NCBI GenBank assembly: GCA_910589115.1
Contig: CAJUSB010000001.1
Span: forward strand, 138,442 to 202,441
Reading direction: 5' to 3'
Source: an uncultured Clostridia bacterium
GTDB taxonomy: Bacteria > Bacillota > Clostridia > Oscillospirales > Butyricicoccaceae
DNA length: 64,000 nt
The stretch's first letter is position 1. Each line of letters opens with the position of its first letter. Made by a program: the position numbers and the translations under genes. Positions 32,403 through 43,392 of the stretch are shown here, piece by piece. Under the pieces are notes generated by a model that worked only from the letters and a program-made list of their open reading frames with translations, did no database searches and was not told the DNA's origin.

Positions 32403-32497
32403 CCCCGCCCGCAGGCGGAAAAGGGAGTCCAGAGGGGCGATGTCCCTCTGGTGCTCGCCGCACAGGCGCGGGGTTCGGGGCAGCGCCCCGGCAAACG
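32403..32497 (+). repeat. REP-like modular repeat, copy B
   Basis: CCCGCCCGCAGGCG-GAAAA-GGGAGTCCAGAGGG..CCCTCTGG..CGGGGCAGCGCCCCG; close to copy E. Confidence 0.85.
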
Positions 32498-33292
32498 TTA
32501 CGGCAGCCGGGCACTCTCCTTTGCCTGCTGCCATAAAGCCGTCAGTTCATCCAATGTCAGTTCGCCTAGCGGCCTACCTTCCGAAAGCGTTTCCACCTGA
32601 CGGAATCGGGAAATGAATTTTTCACAGCTCTGCACCGTGCTTTGCTCAGGATCGCAGCCAATGAACCGCGCTACCCCCGCAGCTGCCAGCAGAAGGTCGC
32701 CAAGTTCTTCGGCTGCATTGTTCCCCTGATGAACGGCTTCCTCCAGTTCTTGAAGTTCTTCCCGTACCTTTCCCAGCGCATCATCAACGCTCTCCCAGTC
32801 AAACCCGGCCTTTGCCGCCTTGGTCAGCACCTTGTCTGCCCGGATCAGGGCGGGTAAACTGCGCGCAACACTGTCCAGCGTGTCAGCAGCCGTCCGCTGA
32901 TGCTTTTCTGCCTGTTTCAAATGCTCCCAGTTTTCCAGGATTTCTCCCGTAGAGGAAACCTGCGTTTCGCTGAATATATGCGGATGCCGGAAAATCAGCT
33001 TTTTGCAAATACCGTCCGTAACATCGCCAATATCAAATACATTTTTTTCGCTTTCGATTTCTGCATGAAAGACGACCTGTAACAGCACGTCCCCCAGTTC
33101 TTCCTTCAATAGCTCGCTGTCTTCATTGTCAATCGCCTCAACAGCCTCATAGGTCTCTTCAATAAAGTTTCGGCGGATGGAATGATGATCCTGTTCCCGA
33201 TCCCACATACAGCCGTCCGGCGCACGCAGAATCTTCATAATTTGAAGCAGGTCCTCAAAACCATACCGCTCTTTTCTTTCAAATTCTATCAT
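32498..33292 (-). CDS. mazG: Nucleoside triphosphate pyrophosphohydrolase
   Basis: GCMWDREQ, EELGDVLLQ, RHPH and a second EELGDLL motif. Confidence 0.95.
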   Translation of the reverse strand: MIEFERKERYGFEDLLQIMKILRAPDGCMWDREQDHHSIRRNFIEETYEAVEAIDNEDSELLKEELGDVLLQVVFHAEIESEKNVFDIGDVTDGICKKLIFRHPHIFSETQVSSTGEILENWEHLKQAEKHQRTAADTLDSVARSLPALIRADKVLTKAAKAGFDWESVDDALGKVREELQELEEAVHQGNNAAEELGDLLLAAAGVARFIGCDPEQSTVQSCEKFISRFRQVETLSEGRPLGELTLDELTALWQQAKESARLP

Positions 33293-33324
33293 TTCTGTCT
33301 CCTTGGAATTCCGCTCCGCCCACT

Positions 33325-34908
33325 TTACAGGCGAAGAAGCAGGCAGAGGTGTTCACCGCAGGGCATCAGCAGGATATCCTCCCGGTGCATTGCACCCAGC
33401 AGGCGCAAAAGGCCAACATAAATGACTGCGGAAGCACCTATTGCCATCAGTACGGCAGCACTGCTGCCAATTACCGGGAAAAACCCCTGATAAAGAAGGT
33501 TAGCACAGGCCCCCATCCCTGCTGCCGCCATAAACGGAGGCAGCAGCGCCTCACGCACCGGCGGCAAGGCGCGGATACAGCGGCTGACCGCCCAAAGATT
33601 AGCCACTGCAATAACTGAATAACATAAGACGGTAGAAATCGGAGCACCATAGATGCCAAGCGTACCAATCAGTACATGGTTTCCAATCAGCTTGACCGCC
33701 CCGCCGGCAAGCATGTTTTTTACCGGTGCAAACGGCTTTCCAAATGCCTGTAAAATTGCATTGGTCAGTGATACCATAGCCAGCATGGGAACCGCTAAAC
33801 CTAAAATGCGCAGCAGCCCTCCGGCAGAAACCGAATCAGCCCCGAACAAAAGGTCTACAATCGGTTCCCCAAGCATCAGATACCCGGCCCCAGCCGGAAG
33901 CGCCAGCAGCAGCGTCAAACGCACCGCCGCACCGACCGTGCGAGAAATCTGCGTAAAATTCTGCCTTGCAAACGCGCCGGAAAGCACAGGCAGCACGCTC
34001 ACCGATAAACCAAGGATCACCGTTTGCGGCAGATTGAACATCGTAATTGCCCGGTTAGAATAGGCGCCATAGAGCGCATTTGCCTGCTCAATCGTACATC
34101 CTGCATCCTGTAAGCGATTCATCACCAGCGCCACATCAAGCAGATTGGTCAGGCTCATGACCGAGCTGCCAATCGTGATTGGAACGGCGGTAGACAAAAG
34201 CTCCCGCAGCAGCGTACCGCAAGGCCGCACAAAATCACTGAAAACTGGTTCCGGCCTGCGCCGCCGGATACACAGACGCAGCAGCAGATATACTGCACTC
34301 ACAGCCTCGCCAATGGTAACGCCCGTCACGGCAGCAGCCGCACACTGCGCCAGGGAAAGCCCCTTCGCACTCGCCGCATGTGCCAGTCCATAGCCCAGCA
34401 GCAGTTTACCCAATGCCTCAATCAGCTGGGAAAGTGCAGTTGGCCCCATGTCGTTCAGGCCCTGAAAGTAGCCCCGGATGACCGAAATTAACGCAACACA
34501 GAAGACAGACGGCGCAATCGCCCGGACTGCCGGTGCAGCAGCCGGATTCCCGACAAGCCCGCTCAGCAGGTCAGCCCCCCAATAAAGAGTACCGGAAAAC
34601 GCTGCTCCCACCACTGCAAATACCAACCCGGCAGCCCAAACAATGCGCCGGATCTCCCTTGTACGTCCAAGCGAAACCGATTCTGCGACCATTTTAGACA
34701 CGGCTACCGGCAGTCCTGCCGTCGAAACCACCAGCATAGTGGTATAAAGCACATAAGCAACGTTAAACAGCCCCATGCCTGATTTGCCGAGCAGCTGATC
34801 CAACGGGATGCGGAAGACCGCCCCGATTGCCTTTACCATCAGGTTTGCAGCGATCAACACTGCTGCGCCCTGTACAAAGCTCTGTTGTCTTTTCAAACCA
34901 TCCTGCAC
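33325..34908 (-). CDS. MurJ/SpoVB-YabM family flippase
   Basis: STAGLPVAVSK and RGYFQG motifs; putative sigE promoter TCATA-17-CATATGAT at 34947-34977. Confidence 0.88.
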   Translation of the reverse strand: MQDGLKRQQSFVQGAAVLIAANLMVKAIGAVFRIPLDQLLGKSGMGLFNVAYVLYTTMLVVSTAGLPVAVSKMVAESVSLGRTREIRRIVWAAGLVFAVVGAAFSGTLYWGADLLSGLVGNPAAAPAVRAIAPSVFCVALISVIRGYFQGLNDMGPTALSQLIEALGKLLLGYGLAHAASAKGLSLAQCAAAAVTGVTIGEAVSAVYLLLRLCIRRRRPEPVFSDFVRPCGTLLRELLSTAVPITIGSSVMSLTNLLDVALVMNRLQDAGCTIEQANALYGAYSNRAITMFNLPQTVILGLSVSVLPVLSGAFARQNFTQISRTVGAAVRLTLLLALPAGAGYLMLGEPIVDLLFGADSVSAGGLLRILGLAVPMLAMVSLTNAILQAFGKPFAPVKNMLAGGAVKLIGNHVLIGTLGIYGAPISTVLCYSVIAVANLWAVSRCIRALPPVREALLPPFMAAAGMGACANLLYQGFFPVIGSSAAVLMAIGASAVIYVGLLRLLGAMHREDILLMPCGEHLCLLLRL

Positions 34909-34991
34909 TTCCCTTACAGCGGCCCCAAACAGGCCTTGTTTGGCACATCATATGCAGGATGATTGACTGTTTATGACAGTTGTATGGCCCG

Positions 34992-35432
34992 TCAAGCCTT
35001 TTCTTTCTCGCTTTCGCCAAAGCCCTTTGAAAATTCGGAAGCCTCGGCAGCGCTCAGCGATCCGCCGCAGCCTGCACAGAAAACATCTGCACGGCTGCAC
35101 AGCCTGCCGCAGTTCGGGCAGCGCACACTCGATTTCAGCATACCAATCTGATCACGAAGCCCTGCAATTTTCAACTGAAGCCCATCGAGCTTCGCAAGGC
35201 GATCCTGGATGCCGTCCTCGTCGGCCTCAATACCCTGATGCACATCGTACATCAGTTTCCCGATTTCCTTATAAAGCACCTCGCATTCGGTATTCAGGTC
35301 AAAAATCTGCAAATTCAGCCGGGTGGACTGTGCAAGTTCAGTTGCCCGCCGTCCGGCAGTTTCTGCCGCCTGGCCGGTTTTTCCGGCATAAATCTTTGCT
35401 TTTTCCAGCAGCATTTGGATTTTTTCGTCCAT
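34992..35432 (-). CDS. Coiled-coil protein with C-terminal zinc ribbon
   Basis: Y.EIGK..Y and CPNC..FCAGCG motifs. Confidence 0.8.
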   Translation of the reverse strand: MDEKIQMLLEKAKIYAGKTGQAAETAGRRATELAQSTRLNLQIFDLNTECEVLYKEIGKLMYDVHQGIEADEDGIQDRLAKLDGLQLKIAGLRDQIGMLKSSVRCPNCGRLCSRADVFCAGCGGSLSAAEASEFSKGFGESEKEKA

Positions 35433-35538
35433 TTTGCAGCGCTCCTTTCAGCGTATGATGAAATCTTATTATAGAGTCTTTTCACAGAAAAATCAAGGGA
35501 ATTTCCGAATTGTTTACAGAATTTTCTTCTCTTCGGCT

Positions 35539-36465
35539 TTAGCCAATAAACTCATGAATCAAGGAATCTTCCGGGATATGGTGCACGTAATCAAGCGGTT
35601 CAAAGCCGCCGCTGAGATGGGTCAGCGGTTCCAGGCCGACCGCTGTCAGCTCGTTGGTCAGCTGGGAAAAAGGCTGCCGGAGCATTTCTGCCATAATAAA
35701 CGTTTCATACGGCATGTAGGTATCCAACGTCAGTGCTGCGCGCTTGCGGTTGGGCAGGATATACAGCGTTTCACCGCGCCGTACCGACTTCCACTGGGCG
35801 AGCGTTGCAGAAACCTCGGTGTTGCGGAAAAGGCTGTCCCGCACCGCGCGGCGCATAAAACGCAGCATAAACGGCTCAACCAGGGTGCCGTCTTCCAGTG
35901 TCAGAGCGCTGTCAAACGCCAGGAAAACGCCGGTCGCCATTTCTCCAAGCCCATCGTAAACAATATCGCTCAGCGCATGAATCCCCTCAATAATCACCAT
36001 TTCCCCCGTCTCCAGACGCAGCTTTTTCACGTCCGGGATGGACCGCCGCTGCTGGAAATCAAAGGCCGGGATCGAGATTTCCTCCCCGGCTGCCAGCATC
36101 CGCAGGTGCTTCGTCAAAAGGGCAAGATCCATGCAGAGTGGGGATTCCAGGTCATCAACGCCGTTTTCCTCATCATACGGCATCTCATATTCACTGACCG
36201 TGCGGTAATAATCATCCATTGAAATGGTTTCTGTACGTATGCCGTGCCGCTTCTCCAATGTGCGGCGCAGGCGTGCCGTAGTCGTCGTTTTTCCAGCCGA
36301 TGAAGGGCCGTTTACCAGCACAATCGGGCTGGTCCGGCGGCGTGCTGCCAGCTCCCGGGCGGTGCTGTCCACCTGATTACGGTAATAATCCTCACTCAGC
36401 TGGATAAATCCTTTTGGGTCACTTCTGGCTGCGTCATTCAGCTGTTTCAAAGTGTAATCTGCCAT
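35539..36465 (-). CDS. Uridine/nucleoside kinase family protein
   Basis: GPSSAGKTTT, SMDDYY and IEGIHAL motifs. Confidence 0.85.
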   Translation of the reverse strand: MADYTLKQLNDAARSDPKGFIQLSEDYYRNQVDSTARELAARRRTSPIVLVNGPSSAGKTTTTARLRRTLEKRHGIRTETISMDDYYRTVSEYEMPYDEENGVDDLESPLCMDLALLTKHLRMLAAGEEISIPAFDFQQRRSIPDVKKLRLETGEMVIIEGIHALSDIVYDGLGEMATGVFLAFDSALTLEDGTLVEPFMLRFMRRAVRDSLFRNTEVSATLAQWKSVRRGETLYILPNRKRAALTLDTYMPYETFIMAEMLRQPFSQLTNELTAVGLEPLTHLSGGFEPLDYVHHIPEDSLIHEFIG

Positions 36466-36478
36466 TTCCTGATCTCCT

Positions 36479-37939
36479 TTATTCCTGCAATAAACGTTGC
36501 CTGCCGCGCAGGATGCGTTCCTGCGCCTGTAAATATTCAGCCGGATATTTGGGGTTTGTATAGCGCTCGATTTTTCCGGTTGCGCGGTTCACCCGCTTGC
36601 TTACACCGCCTGCACCAAGTGATATAATGGTTTGCAGCTCCTCCATCATGGAGATATTATAAAAACTTTCTGTTCCCGGTTTGCACCAGCCGGTGTTTTC
36701 ATAGCCGCCTGCCGAAAATTTCTGCCGGTATAAATAATATGCATGGTAATCCTGCCGCAGCAGTGCACGCTGCGCATATGACAGCATATGGCCGACGGCG
36801 CACCGCCGTGCCAGGTTTGCATGAATATCCCGAATTGCTGCGCCCCGCTTAACGGCCAATGTGTGCATAGTAATATTTTCAGGGCCCAGCCCGAGCAATG
36901 TATTGATCGTTTCTGCAAAACGCGCTGGCGTGTCCCCTTCCAGTCCGGCAATAACATCCATATTGATGACCGGAAAACCTGCTTTCCGCGCCATTTCAAA
37001 ACTTTCCAGCACATCACGGGCGGTGTGCGGACGTCCTGCAAGGCGCAAAACCTCATCGTTCATACTTTGCGGATTGACACTGACACGAGTTACACCATGT
37101 GCACGCAGGACGGCCAATTTCTCAGCGGTGATGGTATCTGGACGCCCAGCCTCAACCGTATAATCAAAAAGATTCGACAAATCAAACGAACGCTCCAACA
37201 CGGACAGCAGTTTGTCAAGCTGCTCGCTTGACAGCGTGGTCGGCGTTCCGCCGCCAATGTAAAGGCTATCCACTGTACACTTGTTTTGGCGCACCAATCT
37301 ACCTGTTTCCTCTGCTTCTTTGCAAAGAGCCTCCAAATATGGTGCAACAAATTGTGCGTTTTGTTCAACTGCTGCCGATATAAACGAGCAATAAGCGCAC
37401 CGTGTAGGACAAAATGGAATGCTGACATAAACAGAAATGCTGTTTTGTACGATTTTACGGTCTGTTTCCTGTGCATAGGCGGCAGCTGCCATAGTCAATG
37501 CCGCCCGCTCCGGTGAAACCTGAAAGCGCGTACAAAGATGCTCCTCTGTTTCCTGCGGCGAAGCCCCTCGCTCCATCAGCCCGCGTGCGAGCTTGGCCGG
37601 ACGAACGCCTGTAAGCGCCCCCCAGACCGGCGGTTCAGCAAGCGCCGGTGCCACGGCATCATAAATGGCTAATTTCAAAAGCTCATTTTCCAAGCGCTTA
37701 CGTGCAAGGCTATCCTGTCCGGGAGTTAATGAACCTTTTCGTTCCCCTTCCCTTTGGACGCCATCCAGTCGAACCCGCGCCGCTGCGGACAGTACGCCGC
37801 TTTGCTCCTCGAACAGGATGCTTTGACAGAAATCCCCACCATCATCCACGCCCTCTGAAACGGTGCGGTCAGGCAGCAGATGCAGCAGCATTTCTTCCAC
37901 CGCATGACGGTGCGGATGACCTTCAAGCTGATAATTCAT
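36479..37939 (-). CDS. hemZ: HemZ-type radical SAM protein
   Basis: WGALTGVRP, CPTRCAYC, GGGTPT and YLYRQK motifs. Confidence 0.9.
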   Translation of the reverse strand: MNYQLEGHPHRHAVEEMLLHLLPDRTVSEGVDDGGDFCQSILFEEQSGVLSAAARVRLDGVQREGERKGSLTPGQDSLARKRLENELLKLAIYDAVAPALAEPPVWGALTGVRPAKLARGLMERGASPQETEEHLCTRFQVSPERAALTMAAAAYAQETDRKIVQNSISVYVSIPFCPTRCAYCSFISAAVEQNAQFVAPYLEALCKEAEETGRLVRQNKCTVDSLYIGGGTPTTLSSEQLDKLLSVLERSFDLSNLFDYTVEAGRPDTITAEKLAVLRAHGVTRVSVNPQSMNDEVLRLAGRPHTARDVLESFEMARKAGFPVINMDVIAGLEGDTPARFAETINTLLGLGPENITMHTLAVKRGAAIRDIHANLARRCAVGHMLSYAQRALLRQDYHAYYLYRQKFSAGGYENTGWCKPGTESFYNISMMEELQTIISLGAGGVSKRVNRATGKIERYTNPKYPAEYLQAQERILRGRQRLLQE

Positions 37940-38568
37940 TTTCCCAGTGCCTGCCGGACGTAAGGATTGCGGGCCCGTTCCTCCGAAAGCGTCGTAATGG
38001 AATCATGGCCAGGCAATACACGATAATCGCCCGGCAGATCATGCAGCCGCTTGAGGGATTGCAGCATCAAGGAGAAATCCCCGCCTTTCAGGTCACAGCG
38101 GCCGCATTCGTGACGGAACATGGTATCGCCAGTAAATAAAACATCTTCCACTTTAATACAGCAGGAACCCGGCGTATGCCCGGGAGTGTGAAGGTATTCC
38201 GCTGTCAGCCCACCGACCTGGATCATTGTCCCTTCCTCTGCAAGGATATCCACCGGAGTCGGCACATAATGGCGCGCATACGGACGAAATTCCCCCATTT
38301 CATCATAAGAAAGCAGCCATTCATCCTCTTTATGGATCACCAGCTTGGCACCGGTCTTTTCCGAAATCTCGTGCACAGCAAGAATATGGTCAAAATGTCC
38401 ATGTGTGAGCAGAATATAGGTGATTTTAGCACCTGCGCGGTCGATTTCGCGTAAGATTGCGGCGGCATTGTCGCCAGGATCAATGACTGCCCCCTCCATT
38501 GTATTTTCATCATAAAATACATAGCAGTTTGTCTGCACAACACCTACATGGAGCTGAATCAATTTCAT
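37936..38568 (-). CDS. MBL-fold hydrolase (glyoxalase II-like)
   Basis: THGHFDH, HTPGH and GD motifs. Confidence 0.9.
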   Translation of the reverse strand: MKLIQLHVGVVQTNCYVFYDENTMEGAVIDPGDNAAAILREIDRAGAKITYILLTHGHFDHILAVHEISEKTGAKLVIHKEDEWLLSYDEMGEFRPYARHYVPTPVDILAEEGTMIQVGGLTAEYLHTPGHTPGSCCIKVEDVLFTGDTMFRHECGRCDLKGGDFSLMLQSLKRLHDLPGDYRVLPGHDSITTLSEERARNPYVRQALGK

Positions 38569-39026
38569 GCTTTTTCCCCTCTCATTTCTTCGGTATCCAT
38601 TATAATTGTGACTGGGCCGTCATTAAGCAATTCGACCTTCATATCTGCGCCGAATTCACCGCACGCTACCGGAAGCCCGCTTTCCCGGCAGCGCATCAGG
38701 AACTTTTCATACAGCGGAACAGCCAGTGCAGGCCTGGCAGCACGCATAAAATTAGGCCGTTTACCCTTTTTGCAGTCGCCGTACAGGGTGAACTGGGAAA
38801 TCACCAGCAACCCTCCGCCGATATCTGCGGGCGACAGGTTCATTTTATCATTTTCATCCGTGAAAATACGCAGTCCAACGCATTTATCGGCAAGATAGAC
38901 AGCTTCGGCCTCCGTATCATCTTCACAAACGCCGAGCAAGATCAGGAGCCCTTTCCCGATTTCGCCGTGGATTTTCCCTTCAATCGTTACACGCGCGTGG
39001 GATACGCGCTGGATTACCGCCCGCAT
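38565..39026 (-). CDS. dtd: D-aminoacyl-tRNA deacylase
   Basis: MRAVIQRV, SQFTL and NDGPVT motifs. Confidence 0.97.
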   Translation of the reverse strand: MRAVIQRVSHARVTIEGKIHGEIGKGLLILLGVCEDDTEAEAVYLADKCVGLRIFTDENDKMNLSPADIGGGLLVISQFTLYGDCKKGKRPNFMRAARPALAVPLYEKFLMRCRESGLPVACGEFGADMKVELLNDGPVTIIMDTEEMRGEKA

Positions 39027-39069
39027 AAGCCTCTCCCCCTCTTTATTCCTGACAACCGGCTATCCCTAA

Positions 39070-41250
39070 TCAGTGAGAATCCACTGTACGGGTAACATCC
39101 ACAATGCCCTTGATGCCCCTTAACCGGTTTATAATGTTGTCCAGCTGTGCCACCCCTGCAACGTCAACCATTGCATTGATAATGCCAAAACCATCATTCA
39201 AATCACGCGCAGAAATTTCATGCACATTTACCCTGCTTGCTGCAAGAACAGCGGCTACATCGCTCAGCACACCAATGCGGCTGTGGGTAGAAATTTGCAG
39301 ACCGGTAATAAACCGGTTTTTGTTGTCTGCCAGCTCTTCGTCCCACCAAGCCTCGAGCCAACGTTCCTCACTGTCATGCTGGCTGTTCAAATAGTTGACA
39401 CAATCTTTCCGATGGATGGAAACACCATAGCCGCGTGTTACAAAGCCGATAATATCATCACCAGGGATCGGTGTACAGCAGCGTGCAAATTTAATCAGGC
39501 AGTTGTCCAGCCCTGCAACAATTACGCCGGAGGTCCCGCGCGATGCCGGACGGTGGAACTGCTGCGGCTGCAACGCACGTTCTGTATGCTCAGCAGCACG
39601 GCGGATTCGGTTGACATCATCCTTGACCTTATTGATAACCTTTGTAACCGTGATGCCACCATAGCCAATGGAGGCATACATTTCATCTAAATGTGCAAAA
39701 GAGAACTTATTCAGGCAATTCTTTTGAACCTCCTCATTCTCATAAAAACCATTATAAAGCAGATTGGCACGCAGCTCACGATCCAGCTCCTCGCGTCCCT
39801 GGATGATGTTCTCTTCGCGTCGTTCTTTTTTGAACCATTGCTTGATTTTATTGCGCGCTTCCGTGGTTTTGACAATCTTGACCCAGTCACGGCTGGGGCC
39901 GCGCGCTTCCTTTGAAGTCAAAATCTCAACAATATCACCATTTTTCAGCGTACTGTCAATAGGTGTGATGCGTCCGTTGACCTTTGCACCCGTCATACGG
40001 TTTCCTACAGCAGAATGGATCGCATACGCCAAATCGATCGGGGTTGCCCCGGCTGGAAGATTCACAACATCCCCGCGCGGCGTAAATACGAAAACCTCGT
40101 CTGCAAACAAATCGACCTTAATGGCCTTGATGAAATCTTCCGCCTCGGTATCCTGCTGTGCTTCCAGAAGCTGACGAATCCATGCAAAAGACTGTTCGTT
40201 TCCGACCTTATCCAGCCCCTGTTTATATTTCCAATGCGCTGCAACGCCATATTCTGCCATTTTATGCATTTCGGCGGTGCGGATCTGGATTTCAAACGGG
40301 ATGCCTGCACGTCCAATGACCGTTGTATGCAGGGATTGATATCCATTCGGCTTTGGCGTAGAGATATAATCCTTAAACCGGCCCGGTATAGGCTTATAAA
40401 GATCATGCACATAACCCAGCACATTATAACAGTCGGCAACGGTATCCACAATCACACGCACAGCGCAGATATCATAAATTTCATGAATCGTCTTGTGCTG
40501 TGCATACATTTTACGGTAAATGGAATATATATGCTTGACACGTGCAGAAATGGTATGCTCAATATTCCCTTCCATCAGCTTTGTGCTGATACGCTCTTTG
40601 ATCCCCATAAGGAACTGTTCCTGCTGTTCACTTTGCTCCTTCAGGCCGTTGACAATCTCATTGTAGCCGATTTCATCCAAACATTTCAGCGAAAGGTCTT
40701 CAAGCTCCCATTTGATGCGCTGCATCCCCAGGCGGTGCGCGATTGGCGCATAAATCTCCATGGTTTCCAGCGCCTTGTCCCGCTGTTTTTTCTCCGGGAG
40801 GAATTGGAAGGTACGCGCATTGTGCAGCCGGTCCGCCAGCTTGATCAGGATCACGCGGATATCCTTCGCCATCGCCATAAACATTTTGCGAAGGTCCTCC
40901 ATCTGCTCCTGTTCCTTGGAGTATTGCAGCATCCCCAGCCGGGTAACGCCATCCACCAGCTCAGCAACCGATGTACCGAATTTGTTCTCGATCTCCTTAT
41001 AGCCGAATTTGGTATCCTCAATGCAGTCATGCAGCAGCCCGGCACAAATAGAGTCGGTATCCAGCCCCATTTCTACAATAATCTCTGCTACCGCTACTGG
41101 ATGGATGATATACGGCTCACCATTCCGGCGTTTCTGTCCCTCATGGGCAGCCTCCGCGCTTTCATAAGCGGCGCGTATTTTACGAATATTTGCAAGTGGG
41201 TTTTGCACCTGCACCCGTTCAATCAAAAAAGCAATTCTATCCTGCATCAT
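39070..41250 (-). CDS. relA: Bifunctional (p)ppGpp synthetase/hydrolase Rel
   Basis: HD hydrolase (LLHDCIED), synthetase (YQSLHT), TGS and ACT domains. Confidence 0.96.
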   Translation of the reverse strand: MMQDRIAFLIERVQVQNPLANIRKIRAAYESAEAAHEGQKRRNGEPYIIHPVAVAEIIVEMGLDTDSICAGLLHDCIEDTKFGYKEIENKFGTSVAELVDGVTRLGMLQYSKEQEQMEDLRKMFMAMAKDIRVILIKLADRLHNARTFQFLPEKKQRDKALETMEIYAPIAHRLGMQRIKWELEDLSLKCLDEIGYNEIVNGLKEQSEQQEQFLMGIKERISTKLMEGNIEHTISARVKHIYSIYRKMYAQHKTIHEIYDICAVRVIVDTVADCYNVLGYVHDLYKPIPGRFKDYISTPKPNGYQSLHTTVIGRAGIPFEIQIRTAEMHKMAEYGVAAHWKYKQGLDKVGNEQSFAWIRQLLEAQQDTEAEDFIKAIKVDLFADEVFVFTPRGDVVNLPAGATPIDLAYAIHSAVGNRMTGAKVNGRITPIDSTLKNGDIVEILTSKEARGPSRDWVKIVKTTEARNKIKQWFKKERREENIIQGREELDRELRANLLYNGFYENEEVQKNCLNKFSFAHLDEMYASIGYGGITVTKVINKVKDDVNRIRRAAEHTERALQPQQFHRPASRGTSGVIVAGLDNCLIKFARCCTPIPGDDIIGFVTRGYGVSIHRKDCVNYLNSQHDSEERWLEAWWDEELADNKNRFITGLQISTHSRIGVLSDVAAVLAASRVNVHEISARDLNDGFGIINAMVDVAGVAQLDNIINRLRGIKGIVDVTRTVDSH

Positions 41251-41259
41251 TTCCACTCC

Positions 41260-43392
41260 CTACTCGTCGGCGCCCTGCATATCGTATGGATGCCGCATAT
41301 TTTCCTGCGGCCCCTGCGGGCAGCTGGGCTTCGCCATTTGGGTCAAGGTCGCCAGGACGACCGATTTTGAGATATCAGCCTTTCCCTCACGGTGCTTGAC
41401 GATGATATTCAGCAGCCCTTCCTTAAAATGGTAACTGAGAAGGCTGCTTTCGCTGAATACATCCAGACAAACAAACAGTTTTCCGATATTGATCCCCCGG
41501 CGGCTCTCCCATGAAATCCGCCTGGATAAGCCGTTTGAGGGTACGCTCAGCCGGTTGTCCTCCGCACGGCTGACAATATGCCGCCACACGGCTACCAAAT
41601 CTTTCCGGTCGGGCATCAGCAGCTGCGCCTGGCGGGCTGTCAGCGGCTGGTCGCCGATATAGCTGTTATATAGGTCCAGGAATTTCTGATCCGTCGTGAT
41701 TTCACTTTGGCTCAGGTGTATGTCACGTACATTCATCTGCACCGTCCGTATGCCGCGGAATTCATTGATTTCCAGATGAAATGCTACGTCAATATAATTT
41801 CCCTGTGCAAAATTACACCCGCCGGTCCCTGTGCCAAACAGCATGGCCGTATATAGGATGCCGTCCTTGCGTAGTCCCAGCCGGACATGGCGGTCAGAGG
41901 AAATCGGCATAATGTCCTCCACCAGCATGTCGGTCATCATGAATACTGGCTGCGGGTTTCTCATCCCAAACGGTTCCAGCACGGAAAGGCCCTCTACAGC
42001 CTCTAAATCAATGAATGATGGATCAATCCTGCAATCAATCTGCACGGTAGGGATGAGATACTGCTGCTGCAAATGCGCGGCGGCATAGGCCATAATCCGT
42101 GCCTTAAAGGCTTCAATATTACTGCGGCGAATGGTCAGCCCGGCAGCAAGCTCATGCCCGCCGTATTTTTCAAGCAGGCTGCCAGAATCGGAAAGCGCTT
42201 CAAACAGGTTAAATCCCTTTACCGACCGCCCCGAGCCTTTTCCCATATCCCCTTCCAGAGAGATGAGCACGACCGGACAGGCATAGCGGTCGCACAGACG
42301 GGAAGACACAATGCCAATCACACCATGATGCCAGCCCTCCTCCGCAAGGACAATGATTTTATCCTCGAGCGGGTTGTATTCCCGGCGCAGGACGGTCAGC
42401 GCCTGATCAAGTATCTGGTTTTCTGCGGCCTGACGCGATTTATTTTGTTCACATAACGAAACAGCCAGAGCCTGCGCCCGCTCATGATCTTTTGTCAGGA
42501 ACAGCTCGGCAGCCAGCGCAGCTTTGCCCAGCCGTCCGGCGGCATTGATGCGCGGGGCAAGCACATAGCTGATCGTCCCGGAGGTCAGCTTTTTCCCCCA
42601 CATGCCCGACTCACGCAGCAGCATTTCAAGCCCCAGGCTGTGCGGTTCAGCAAGACGGCGCAGGCCTTCGGTGACAATCAAACGGTTTTCACCGATGACC
42701 GGCATCACATCTGCTACCGTTCCCAATGCGACCAGGCTGGCATAGCGCTCCAATGCGGCCTGCTGACTGCCCATCAGTGCAGCAACTAACTTGAATGCAA
42801 CACCAACCCCGGCCAGCTCCCGAAAGGGATAGACGGAATCAGAACGCTTGGGGTTGATCACTGCTTCTGCCGGCGGATGGGTATCGTGACATTCATGATG
42901 ATCGGTAATCACCATATGCAGGCCAAGCGCTGCGGCATGAGCAGCCTCTTCGTGCGCGGTTACACCGGAGTCAACGGTAATAATCAGCTCGGCCCCTTCT
43001 TCATGAAGCTGGTCAATCGCCGCACAGTTCAGACCATACCCTTCGCTCAGGCGGTCCGGGATATAGTAGCCGCAATCTGCACCAACAGAGCAAAGATAAT
43101 CCGTCAGTACACAGGTTGCGGTAATTCCGTCCACATCGTAATCGCCAAAGACGATAATCCGTTTTTTTAATTGAATTGCCTCCGTGATGAGGTTTACCGC
43201 AGCGTCCAAATCAGTCAGGAGGTATGGGTCATGCAGCCCAGGCGGATGCAGAAAAGCCTCTGCCGCCTCCGGCGTTGACATGCTGCGGGCGCAAAGCACC
43301 ATTGATGCAAGCGTCGAAAAGCCGCACATCTCCGACAGGACACGGGCCTGTCCGGGATTCGGCTCGGCTGTCAGCCATCGTTTTGTTTTCAT
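41260..43392 (-). CDS. recJ: ssDNA exonuclease RecJ
   Basis: GDYDVDG, TDHH, PRINAAGR and GGH motifs. Confidence 0.95.
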   Translation of the reverse strand: MKTKRWLTAEPNPGQARVLSEMCGFSTLASMVLCARSMSTPEAAEAFLHPPGLHDPYLLTDLDAAVNLITEAIQLKKRIIVFGDYDVDGITATCVLTDYLCSVGADCGYYIPDRLSEGYGLNCAAIDQLHEEGAELIITVDSGVTAHEEAAHAAALGLHMVITDHHECHDTHPPAEAVINPKRSDSVYPFRELAGVGVAFKLVAALMGSQQAALERYASLVALGTVADVMPVIGENRLIVTEGLRRLAEPHSLGLEMLLRESGMWGKKLTSGTISYVLAPRINAAGRLGKAALAAELFLTKDHERAQALAVSLCEQNKSRQAAENQILDQALTVLRREYNPLEDKIIVLAEEGWHHGVIGIVSSRLCDRYACPVVLISLEGDMGKGSGRSVKGFNLFEALSDSGSLLEKYGGHELAAGLTIRRSNIEAFKARIMAYAAAHLQQQYLIPTVQIDCRIDPSFIDLEAVEGLSVLEPFGMRNPQPVFMMTDMLVEDIMPISSDRHVRLGLRKDGILYTAMLFGTGTGGCNFAQGNYIDVAFHLEINEFRGIRTVQMNVRDIHLSQSEITTDQKFLDLYNSYIGDQPLTARQAQLLMPDRKDLVAVWRHIVSRAEDNRLSVPSNGLSRRISWESRRGINIGKLFVCLDVFSESSLLSYHFKEGLLNIIVKHREGKADISKSVVLATLTQMAKPSCPQGPQENMRHPYDMQGADE

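Noticed and set aside
40015..41370. Long antisense ORFs (451 aa opposite relA; also 3030-3980, 27821-28627 and 35434-36222)
   Set aside because: Shadow frames of well-conserved genes, with no RBS or recognisable motifs
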